32,000 bases of DNA from an uncultured archaeon (lineage in GTDB: Archaea > Asgardarchaeota > Thorarchaeia > Thorarchaeales > CAZPUN01): NCBI GenBank assembly GCA_964589775.1, contig CAZPUN010000050.1, forward strand, positions 1 to 32,000, given 5' to 3'. Below the pieces are notes generated by a model. That model did not search any database. It was given only the letters and a program-made list of their open reading frames with translations, and was not told where the DNA came from. Shown piece after piece: positions 7,288 to 16,049 of the stretch; position 1 is the first letter of the stretch, and each line of letters opens with the position of its first letter. The translations under genes and the position numbers were made by a program.

Positions 7288-9426
7288 TTATAAATCAAAT
7301 TTTAGCCTCGTTCCGAATTCTGGAATTAGAACATCGTCTGGTGCTGAAGTTGCTGGCGTATGTACCATTACCTTTTTCCCTTTTAATTGGCTGACGAATT
7401 TTTCCAGTTTTGATGCTGATGAATGTGCGCTTAATCTTGCATAGAAGACACGAGGTGTTGTCTCGACTAATCCCTTGTGTATCCAATATCCGTATGTTCC
7501 TCTAGCAAGAAAGCCCGTGAATACTATTGCTGCTTCTTCATGTTCTTTATAATACTCAAATTGTTTGCGTGCCTCTCCTCCTTCTAACATGCCGCCTCCA
7601 GACACAAGAATATCATCCTTTTTCAGTTCTTTTTCAGTTCTCAAAAGACCTCTGAATTTTCCTGAAACACCACTCATTTTTGTTATGCTTAATGCCATTC
7701 CGGATAGCAATACATTTCGTTCTCGTGAGATGCCGTACTGGTCTAACATCATTACGATCTCTTGTGCTCTTCCGAGTGCAAATGCAGGTATTATGACCGG
7801 TCCATAATTTTGTACGGCTTCTTTAATTACACTGACGGCTTGAAGTCTATCGAAATCTTCGCGTCCCCAATAAGTTCCATCGAAAATTGTAACATCTGCA
7901 TCTGTTGGCAATATTGCGCCTTCATACAAGAATGTATTATCTAAGTTAAAATCGCCCGTGTATAGTATTTTAAAGCCTTCAATATCAATTTCATAGGCAG
8001 CTGAGCCCGGTACATGCTTCGCATCAATAGGCCTTACGGTGACTCCCGGCGATACGATATATTCCTTGTCATATTCTAAAGATACGTATTTACGCTCTAA
8101 TTTATCAATATTCTTTGCTTTTATATTGTGTACTGGATCATCAATATCCTTTTTACGTTTGGCAGGAATTTGCGATACCTTCAAAGAATCGCGAAGCAAC
8201 ATTTTTGAAATTACACCTGTAGGTCCAACACCCATCCATTTCTGGTCATAATATTCAAAGAGCGCTGGGAGTCCTCCAACATGATCAATATGTGCATGAG
8301 TTATCAGTATCGCATCCAAATTTTCAAGGTCCGGAGCCCATTTTGGAATCGATAGATGTGCGACTGAAAAACCGTAATCCAGTAATATAGCTCCATAATC
8401 CGTTTTAATCAAGATTCCGCTTCTTCCAATTCGCGGGCCGCCTAAGAATTCGATCTCAATATGTCTTATTTTTCCACTATATGCTAATGCAGGCATAACG
8501 CCCTTCAGTATTGGCTCAGGAACCTTACTGAAAACCTCATATGATAATGGTTCAATTTCTGGAGGATTTTCAAGTTTGTAGAGTCTAATCGGATACGGTA
8601 AATTATTCTTTGATATTAATCCATATTCCTCATATTTTTTTGAGACCTTATCAAAAGCTTCTTCGAGTGTGAATTTTCCATTACTTTCAATTGAGCTATA
8701 GGCTTTATTTTCAAAATATTTGTAGGATATATGAACGATTCTTCTTGAAGTTTCTTTCACTTTATTATAAATGTAGTTAAATTTCATCTCGGAAAAAATT
8801 TCATCAAGGAATTCCCCTCGTCTGTTAATCAGATCTTTCAATCTAAACGTATCTGATTGGTATAGTATTTCACCATCAATATTGAATTTCTTGAGTACGT
8901 CAATGATATCTTTCTCTTGCATTATGGGGGTGCCTAAGAATGTCGTATATTCCCAGATCTTATTGACGAAATCTTCTGTTTCTTTCCAATCGTCAAAAAG
9001 ACCCAGCCATACAATATCTCGATTGATTTTTTTAATAGTTGCTTTACCTTTATGACCTGCCTTATATAGATTAATAATTACAATTCTAAAATCATCAATT
9101 GTTGATTTCTTAAGAAATATTAGATATGCCATTAAGTTCAGTACGTCTTTAACATATTCTTGTTTAATTTTACGTTTAAAGAGGAGCCTTTTTAATACAT
9201 CTATGAGTTCAGTTCCCTCTTCATCATCAATTTCAAAAAGTGGAAATTCTCCAATCGGCTTTATTTGTAGAGCAAAATTAAATAATTTCTCGCCATTTGG
9301 GAACTGTTTTATTATGTTCATAAAAGTCTCGTCATTCGTAGCGTCATCGGGATTCAAATTTTTCAAGTGTTGATGGATATCACTCAATTTTCTCAGTTGC
9401 GGCTCGCTCATATTTTTCAACCACAT
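7288..9426 (-). CDS. Metallo-beta-lactamase/beta-CASP ribonuclease (aCPSF-like) with an uncharacterised N-terminal extension of about 320 aa
   Basis: Motifs LLDYG, THAHIDH, HVPGSA, YTGDF, DGTY, PAFALGRAQE, LSAH and the final VMVH. Confidence 0.88.
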   Translation of the reverse strand: MWLKNMSEPQLRKLSDIHQHLKNLNPDDATNDETFMNIIKQFPNGEKLFNFALQIKPIGEFPLFEIDDEEGTELIDVLKRLLFKRKIKQEYVKDVLNLMAYLIFLKKSTIDDFRIVIINLYKAGHKGKATIKKINRDIVWLGLFDDWKETEDFVNKIWEYTTFLGTPIMQEKDIIDVLKKFNIDGEILYQSDTFRLKDLINRRGEFLDEIFSEMKFNYIYNKVKETSRRIVHISYKYFENKAYSSIESNGKFTLEEAFDKVSKKYEEYGLISKNNLPYPIRLYKLENPPEIEPLSYEVFSKVPEPILKGVMPALAYSGKIRHIEIEFLGGPRIGRSGILIKTDYGAILLDYGFSVAHLSIPKWAPDLENLDAILITHAHIDHVGGLPALFEYYDQKWMGVGPTGVISKMLLRDSLKVSQIPAKRKKDIDDPVHNIKAKNIDKLERKYVSLEYDKEYIVSPGVTVRPIDAKHVPGSAAYEIDIEGFKILYTGDFNLDNTFLYEGAILPTDADVTIFDGTYWGREDFDRLQAVSVIKEAVQNYGPVIIPAFALGRAQEIVMMLDQYGISRERNVLLSGMALSITKMSGVSGKFRGLLRTEKELKKDDILVSGGGMLEGGEARKQFEYYKEHEEAAIVFTGFLARGTYGYWIHKGLVETTPRVFYARLSAHSSASKLEKFVSQLKGKKVMVHTPATSAPDDVLIPEFGTRLKFDL

Positions 9427-9439
9427 TTTATTGTCTATT

Positions 9440-10489
9440 TCACTTTTTAATGCTATATATGCTAAACCTGCTATCTCTAAGCATTGTGCGTTTCGTAATT
9501 AGTCCTTGTTCCAGTAATAAAGATAATGCATATCGGACTGTACGCGGCGGTAATTTGCTTTCCTCAATCAATTCTCTTTGAGTTAATTTGCCCTCATACT
9601 CTAAGATTTTCAAAATTAACTTCGCACTTGGTGGAATATCCGTGGCAATATCAAATAAATCTATTTTTTGCTTGAGTTTGTCCTGAATTTCCGCAAGACT
9701 ACTCTTACTGAAAGTAATAAATTCTACAGGATTATCTGATTTCCAGATTTGGATCTCATTTGAGTTTAAGGACACGCGCTTCTGTCCATCAAGAACTACA
9801 GAAATTCCAGATGAGGACTCGATTTCGGTTATTTTTATTTTTGATTCATCTGGTACAATTAGTGCTCTGCGTGATAGATTTATTGAATTTACCGGTGTAA
9901 TTCCGAAAACTGCTGAATTTGTACCAATGATTGGTCCTCCTGCCGATAGTGAATAGCCTGTAGAACCCGTAGGCGTTGTCACTATTACACCATCTGCGCC
10001 ATCTCGCCACATGCGTTCATCATTAATAATCAGCGTATAGCGGATTAATGTAGCACTCTTTTTCGAAAAAATCGTTAAGTCATTAAGTAATGGTGGACAC
10101 TTTGACCCATTAATAACGCATTGCAATCGTGTTCTTTTTTCTATGGACCATTTCCTTTCGCTAATTAGTTTTGAAATTGTCTCTAATTCTGCAATATTTA
10201 TTTCACTTAAGAAGCCCGCTTCATTGATTGGAGAAACTGGCAGAATTTTGATTTTCTCGTCAGGTCTGCTGAGTAAGAAATTTAGAATGAACTTATCGTT
10301 GCCGATTAAAATATACATGTCCGCTTTAATTTCGTCATTTGGTAATCCTTTCTCATTTACTTTATCAGCCGCACATTTGTTTAATATGACCTCTACTCCT
10401 TCCTCTTCCAGGGCAAGCACGGCTTCTTTTAGTGGTTCAGCGCATTTGGCTTCCGATTGTGTAAGAATTCCGACCTTCAAGAGAGCCAC
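9440..10489 (-). CDS. NAD kinase-like protein fused to a C-terminal winged HTH
   Basis: GFL, LND, ADGVIVTTPTGSTGYSLSAGGP and LDGQ are present; GGDG is replaced by GNDK. The C-terminus PPSAKLILKILEYEGKLTQRELIEESKLPPRTVRYALSLL..RDSR is a wHTH. Confidence 0.88.
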   Translation of the reverse strand: MALLKVGILTQSEAKCAEPLKEAVLALEEEGVEVILNKCAADKVNEKGLPNDEIKADMYILIGNDKFILNFLLSRPDEKIKILPVSPINEAGFLSEINIAELETISKLISERKWSIEKRTRLQCVINGSKCPPLLNDLTIFSKKSATLIRYTLIINDERMWRDGADGVIVTTPTGSTGYSLSAGGPIIGTNSAVFGITPVNSINLSRRALIVPDESKIKITEIESSSGISVVLDGQKRVSLNSNEIQIWKSDNPVEFITFSKSSLAEIQDKLKQKIDLFDIATDIPPSAKLILKILEYEGKLTQRELIEESKLPPRTVRYALSLLLEQGLITKRTMLRDSRFSIYSIKK

Positions 10490-10551
10490 CTTTCTTTAAT
10501 AACTTGATGCAAACTCATTCTTTAATATTTCGGAGTTTTTCCAATATATTT

Positions 10552-10568
10552 GAGGTAAAAATTGCCTC
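10552..10568. promoter_or_regulatory. Candidate operator between the NADK-HTH gene and nadA
   Basis: GAGGTAA-AAA-TTGCCTC: 7-bp arms with one mismatch, in the divergent intergenic region. Confidence 0.35.
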
Positions 10569-10635
10569 TTTTTTAATGTTTTTGCTCTCCTTGCCAATTG
10601 AGTCTTTCTTAAAAAGGAACAAATAAAATTAACAT

Positions 10636-11598
10636 ATGGGACTGAAAATGACTTTATCTGAGTTACAACGAGAAATAATCGAGCTAAAGAAGAAAAGAAA
10701 CGCTCTTATACTTGCGCATTCGTACCAACCAATTGAGATTCAGCAAATTGCAGATCTTGTAGATGATAGTCTAGCACTTGCACGAGCTGCCGAGCGAGAT
10801 ACATCACATGATATGATCTTACTTGCCGGTGTCGATTTCATGGCTGAAGGCGCTGCAATTCTGAATCCACAAATCCCTGTATATGTTCCGGAACCCAATG
10901 CTGGATGTGTCTTAGCCAAGTTTGGAGATGTCGAATCAATTTTACAAGCAAAGGCTGAGCATCCAGATGCTCCTGTCGTTCTTTATGTAAATACTACGGC
11001 AGAAGCAAAAGCTCATGCGGATATTATTTGTACTTCTCGAAATGCTGTAGATGTTGTTAGAAGCTTAAATAGTGATATTGTCTTGTTTGGACCTGATGTA
11101 AATCTTGCTGAGTTCGTAAGGCGTCAAGTTCCTGAAATTGAGATCATTGATATAAATCCAATTGGTCATTGTTCTGTGCATCAATTTATTTCTGTAGATG
11201 ATATATTGCGGCATAAGAAAGCGTATCCTGAGGCCGAAGTGATAGTACATCCCGAATGCCCACCTAAAGTTCAAGATATTGCTGATTATGTTGCCTCAAC
11301 AAGTCTGATGATCGAACGAGTGAAAAACTCTGATAAGAATGTATTTATAATCGGCACAGAAATCGGACTCGTGGAACGGCTTCAGCTTGAAAATCCCGAT
11401 AAACTAATTATAGCTGCTAAGAGTAATGCTATTTGTGTAAATATGAAGAAGAACACCCTTGAGAAGATATTATTTGTGCTCAAAGAGCTACCCGAAAGTC
11501 ATCGCGTAAGCGTTCCTGAGGCTATTGCTGAAAAGGCACTTCAGGCATTAAAACGCATGACGCAAATATATACGCATGTTTCAGTTAAAACAAAATAA
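10636..11598 (+). CDS. nadA: Quinolinate synthase A
   Basis: Motifs ILAHSYQ, DSLALA, GVDFMAE, AGC, YVNT, CTS, HCSVH, HPEC, GTE and CVNMKK; three Fe-S cysteines. Confidence 0.96.
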   Translation: MGLKMTLSELQREIIELKKKRNALILAHSYQPIEIQQIADLVDDSLALARAAERDTSHDMILLAGVDFMAEGAAILNPQIPVYVPEPNAGCVLAKFGDVESILQAKAEHPDAPVVLYVNTTAEAKAHADIICTSRNAVDVVRSLNSDIVLFGPDVNLAEFVRRQVPEIEIIDINPIGHCSVHQFISVDDILRHKKAYPEAEVIVHPECPPKVQDIADYVASTSLMIERVKNSDKNVFIIGTEIGLVERLQLENPDKLIIAAKSNAICVNMKKNTLEKILFVLKELPESHRVSVPEAIAEKALQALKRMTQIYTHVSVKTK

Positions 11599-11664
11599 TT
11601 TTTTCTCTTTTTTTATGATACATTAATAAATAAGAAATTACATTTATTTTAACGGGTATGGGCA

Positions 11665-12639
11665 TTGACTGAAAAATTTCAAGAGTTAGTTGAAAAAATT
11701 GAAGTATTTCTCTTTAGAAACGATGGAGTCTGCATATTATCGAAAACCAAAAGGTCTCCAGAATTATTTACGAGCATGCTAGCTGCAATTGAAGCCTTTA
11801 CACATACGGTCTCCGGTCTCGGTGCTGAAGAAGTAACTATGGGTGATAATAGAATTAATTACTCAAGAAATGGAGATATCGTCTGTGCTGTAATAACGCC
11901 TGAGTCTTTTGATCCGCACATTGGGAACGCAATCTCAAAATCTATCGCTGATATTTTTGTTTCAAAATATGGCTCATATCTTGCATTTTGGAAAGGCAAT
12001 CTGGATGATTTTAGCGATTTTTCAACCGAGATCGATGATATAATCCATTCTGTTCTTTCTTCGTTTGGTGAGAAAATTGTATCTTCCCACATAGTATCAG
12101 TTCATGAACTTATACGAATGTATGGTGAAGACGTTTCACAAATTCTCTATAGTATTATCATGAATATTCCTATTGTTATTTATGGTGATCGTAAGAAAGT
12201 AGAAGGAATAATTAATCAACTTTCCAACTTTTTCATAAAGGATGCGCCCAACCTATCATGGGTAGAACCTGAACTGGTAAATGAGCTCATAAAATCTCAT
12301 GATTTCGTAATTATTGGTAGCTCAGTTCCACCCACCGATACTACAAATGTCTTGATTCTATCTACTAATAAAGTTGAAAATAAATTAACTGAAAATAAAT
12401 ATCTCCAAAAAATTGCGAATGTGTTATTAGAGAATTTAGATGATTGGAATGATGAAGAGGCTCACAATTTTCTGTCTATGAAAAAGGCTGAATTCTTTAA
12501 ATGTGTGGAACTAGCCGAAGAATTAATTAGCAAATACAATTTTTCTGTTGAAGAGTTAAGCAAAATTCTTGAAATCTCGGAAGATATGTTGTTCCTTGTT
12601 TATGCAGTAGCAAAACGAAATATTGAATCTTCGCAATAA
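11665..12639 (+). CDS. Longin plus DENN/folliculin-like domain protein
   Basis: N-terminal longin pattern (VFLFRNDGVCIL..LFTSMLAAIEAF...F..KYG....WKG...DF..F). It is followed by a core-DENN-like pattern (LIRMYG..VSQILYSII...PIVIYG..KKV..II.QL...FVIIG). Confidence 0.65.
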   Translation: MTEKFQELVEKIEVFLFRNDGVCILSKTKRSPELFTSMLAAIEAFTHTVSGLGAEEVTMGDNRINYSRNGDIVCAVITPESFDPHIGNAISKSIADIFVSKYGSYLAFWKGNLDDFSDFSTEIDDIIHSVLSSFGEKIVSSHIVSVHELIRMYGEDVSQILYSIIMNIPIVIYGDRKKVEGIINQLSNFFIKDAPNLSWVEPELVNELIKSHDFVIIGSSVPPTDTTNVLILSTNKVENKLTENKYLQKIANVLLENLDDWNDEEAHNFLSMKKAEFFKCVELAEELISKYNFSVEELSKILEISEDMLFLVYAVAKRNIESSQ

Positions 12640-12700
12640 TTGCAATCACATATAAATAATAAAATGCAAATGAGTTCTTAGTTTATGTAGGTGTAGTGAA

Positions 12701-14134
12701 ATGAAGATATATAATACATTGACGCGAAAGAAAGAAGAATTTAAGCCTCTTGACGATAATACTGTACGAATGTATGTCTGTGGTCCTACTGTCTATAATT
12801 ATATTCACATAGGAAATGCACGTTCGGCTGTGGCATTCGATACTATTCGCCGTTATCTTGAATTCAAAGGCTATAATGTGATATACGTTTCAAATTATAC
12901 TGATGTAGATGACAAAATGATCAAGCGCGCAAATGAAATGGGTATTTCCGTCGCTGAAGTCGCAAAGAAGTTTATTGCTGAATATGAGCGAGATGCTGAT
13001 CTTTTGAACTTGAAACGCCCTACATATATCCCACGAGCAACTGAAGTAATCCCTGAGATTATTGATATGATTCAGAGAATTGAAAAAGCCGGTTATGCCT
13101 ATGTGACCGAAGATGGCGTATATTTTGATGTGCGCAAGAAAAAAGATTATGGCAAACTTTCAAAAATTGATCGTGAGTCTTTAAAAGCAGGCGCTAGAGT
13201 TGAAAAGGACGAAAAGAAGAAAAATCCGGAAGATTTTGCTCTGTGGAAATTTAAAAAGCCCGGCGAACCCTATTGGGATAGCCCATGGGGTCAAGGACGC
13301 CCTGGCTGGCATGCGGAATGCTCCGTAATGTCCTATAAATATCTCGGACCTGTTTTTGATATTCATGGCGGCGGTCAGGACCTAATCTTTCCACATCACG
13401 AGAATGAAATTGCTCAGTCCGAAATCGCATATGGTGTCGACCAACACGTTCGATTCTGGCTCCATAATGGATTTGTAACTATGGACAAAGTGAAAATGTC
13501 AAAATCTCTCGGAAATATTGTACGTGCCCGTCAGGTGCTTACCGAATTTGATCCGGAGGCAGTTCGCCTATTCTTAAGTTCAACACACTACCGACAGCCA
13601 ATTGATTTCACTGAAGAACAAATTAGGCAATGGGAAACAAACCTAGACCGAATCTATGAAACAATTAAGGTTATTGATGAGCGTATCGAAGATCTACTCA
13701 ATTCCGAAACCCAGAGCGAAAACGAATCTGACAAAATCCTAATTACAGAATTGGAAAAGATGAAAAAAGAGTTCGTCGAAGCGATGGATGACGATTTTAA
13801 TTCGCCAAAAGCTTTTGCAGTTCTATTTCCAATGACAAAAACCGTACGAAAACACGCACCAAAAGCAAACTCCACATGGGTCCTACGAACCGTAAAATAT
13901 GAACTAATGCGACATTTTGAAGTGTTCGGCCTTGGTTTCAGGCGTATTACAACATCTCGTAAGGTTTCTGAAACCGATAAAACAACTGAATTGATCGAGA
14001 AAATCCTCGAATTGCGTGAGCAAGCCCGTAAAAATAAAGATTATAAAAACGCAGATGCAATCCGTGACATGCTTAGAGAACTTGGTATTGTCGTATCTGA
14101 TACCCCAGAAGGTCCAAAATGGGACTTTGCGTAG
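12701..14134 (+). CDS. cysS: Cysteinyl-tRNA synthetase (class I)
   Basis: Motifs MYVCGPTVY, HIGN, DFALWK, GRPGWHAEC, HGGGQDLIFPHHENE and KMSKS; C-terminal AD.IRD.L. Confidence 0.98.
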   Translation: MKIYNTLTRKKEEFKPLDDNTVRMYVCGPTVYNYIHIGNARSAVAFDTIRRYLEFKGYNVIYVSNYTDVDDKMIKRANEMGISVAEVAKKFIAEYERDADLLNLKRPTYIPRATEVIPEIIDMIQRIEKAGYAYVTEDGVYFDVRKKKDYGKLSKIDRESLKAGARVEKDEKKKNPEDFALWKFKKPGEPYWDSPWGQGRPGWHAECSVMSYKYLGPVFDIHGGGQDLIFPHHENEIAQSEIAYGVDQHVRFWLHNGFVTMDKVKMSKSLGNIVRARQVLTEFDPEAVRLFLSSTHYRQPIDFTEEQIRQWETNLDRIYETIKVIDERIEDLLNSETQSENESDKILITELEKMKKEFVEAMDDDFNSPKAFAVLFPMTKTVRKHAPKANSTWVLRTVKYELMRHFEVFGLGFRRITTSRKVSETDKTTELIEKILELREQARKNKDYKNADAIRDMLRELGIVVSDTPEGPKWDFA

Positions 14135-14348
14135 ATTCTTTTTACACATTTTTTATTTTTTTGCAATAAATATCCGTAATGGAGTATTAAACGTTTTATA
14201 TTGAAAATACTTATTTCCCTTTGCCCTGTGAAGTCTGTGCGTTCCTGTCCAAAGTCTCGTTCATTTGCTGCATCTGAATGTCGTCCAGTGTGTAACATAA
14301 ATCTCTCCAGAGCTCCAGGGGTTGAATATAGTATTGGGGGTGCTTATA

Positions 14349-15284
14349 ATGACTCAAACAAAAACTACCAAAAAGGGCATAGAACGATGCCCTGAATGTG
14401 GATCGACCGAGATAATTATCGATCCTGAACGTGGAGACCGCGTCTGTGGAAATTGTGGGTTGGTTATTTCGGACCATTTCATAGATTCCGGACCCGAGTG
14501 GAGAGCTTTCGACCAAGGCGAGCGAGATAGACGTAGCAGGACTGGAGCTCCGATCAGTTTTTCAATACATGATAAAGGGCTTTCTACTGTTATTGATTGG
14601 CGAGATCAAGATGCTACTGGAAAGAAATTTAGTGCTAAGCGTCGTTCTGAAATCTATCGATTGAGAAAGTGGCAAATTCGTACTCGAGTTCATTCATCTG
14701 TGGATCGAAATCTTGCGCAAGCAATGTCTGAACTCGAAAGACTTGCAAGCCAGCTAAATCTTCCGAAATCTATTACTGAGCTTGCAGCTCTCTTGTATCG
14801 TAAGATGGTCGTACAGAAGCTAGCCCGAAGCCGTTCTATTGATGCAATGGTGGGAGCTGCAATTTATGCGGCGTGTAGAATGAGAAACTCTCCAAGATCA
14901 TTGGAAGAGATCGCTAAGGAATCTCGTGTAAGTAAGAAGAAAATTGGGCAGCATTATCGATTATTGGTGGATAGATTAAAGCTTAAGATGCCTATTTCGG
15001 ATCCTGCGAACTACATACCTCGTCTAATCTCGCAATTGAATCTACCCCCCAGAGTACAAAGACGCGCAATAGAAATTATTCGTAAAGCCAAAGAAAAGAG
15101 GACTCTTGTAACCGGTAGAGATCCCCGTGGTCTTGCAGCTGCTGCAATTTATGTTGCTTCAATTCTTGAGGACGCTAAGGTTACTCAAAGAGAGATAGCT
15201 GTTGCTGGTGGAGTTACAGAAGTCACTGTTCGAAATAGATACAAGGAACTTGTACGAAAACTAAAAATCACACTTGAATTCTAA
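14349..15284 (+). CDS. tfb: Transcription initiation factor IIB
   Basis: Zn ribbon CPECG..CGNCG, PEWRAF B-reader, two cyclin repeats and GVTEVTVRNRYKE. The ATG at 14349 follows the SD GGGGGTG. Confidence 0.97.
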   Translation: MTQTKTTKKGIERCPECGSTEIIIDPERGDRVCGNCGLVISDHFIDSGPEWRAFDQGERDRRSRTGAPISFSIHDKGLSTVIDWRDQDATGKKFSAKRRSEIYRLRKWQIRTRVHSSVDRNLAQAMSELERLASQLNLPKSITELAALLYRKMVVQKLARSRSIDAMVGAAIYAACRMRNSPRSLEEIAKESRVSKKKIGQHYRLLVDRLKLKMPISDPANYIPRLISQLNLPPRVQRRAIEIIRKAKEKRTLVTGRDPRGLAAAAIYVASILEDAKVTQREIAVAGGVTEVTVRNRYKELVRKLKITLEF

Positions 15285-15290
15285 GCGGGT

Positions 15291-15884
15291 TCAAGTGTCC
15301 TCTTCCTGTTTTTCTAAGACCTCAAAGAATTTTTCGGTCAGGAATGCTCTATATCTAAATCCGCCCCAGTTGTATGACTGCATGTTTTTTGGAACTTTAT
15401 ATCGTAATTCTTCTTCAGTTATGAATTTTGCAGTAAATACTTCCTTTGTGTCTATTGGATGCGGATGTCCTCCGTTTGCTTCAGCTAAAAATACTAAGCT
15501 TGTCCAGGGTATTATTTCACCATTAGGGCCTTCGAATTTTGCTTTGACCACTAAAACAAGCTTTTTTATCTTAACGTGCAGACCAGTCTCTTCAAATGCT
15601 TCTCGCTCGGCTGCTTGAATGGGATTTTCGCCTTTTTCTATCCCTCCTGATGGTGCTCTATAAATTTGAGTCCCGGCATATCGGTGTTTTTGGATCACTG
15701 CATAAAAATCGCCCGATTTTATGAAAATAGTAACATCTCCGAATCTTCCCTTGGACGTGACTTGCTTAATCAGATCTATCTCCCATCGTTGCATTTTTGT
15801 ATAGAATTCAAATACAGGTGGATTGTTGTATTGTTTTAAAATTTCATCGAGGTCTTCATTTAACATATCTTCATCCCGATTCAT
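15291..15884 (-). CDS. Nudix hydrolase
   Basis: Nudix box GGIEKGENPIQAAEREAFEETGL. Confidence 0.92.
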   Translation of the reverse strand: MNRDEDMLNEDLDEILKQYNNPPVFEFYTKMQRWEIDLIKQVTSKGRFGDVTIFIKSGDFYAVIQKHRYAGTQIYRAPSGGIEKGENPIQAAEREAFEETGLHVKIKKLVLVVKAKFEGPNGEIIPWTSLVFLAEANGGHPHPIDTKEVFTAKFITEEELRYKVPKNMQSYNWGGFRYRAFLTEKFFEVLEKQEEDT

Positions 15885-16049
15885 GACATAATTTTTTGTA
15901 TTATACGAAATTTCGAATTAATATTTTTTCGTTACTCATTTAATAGCATAAAAATTTCTTGGTCTTAACCTTTAGTTGTAGCAACTCAAAATGCATTAAC
16001 TAAACTAATTTGAAATTCTTCTGTTGAATAAATAAAAAATAAGGAAGAA

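Noticed and set aside
14211-14516. Antisense and alternate-frame ORFs, here and throughout (e.g. 1334-1672, 2134-2559, 19681-20232)
   Set aside because: They are shadows of well-supported genes and carry no motifs of their own.
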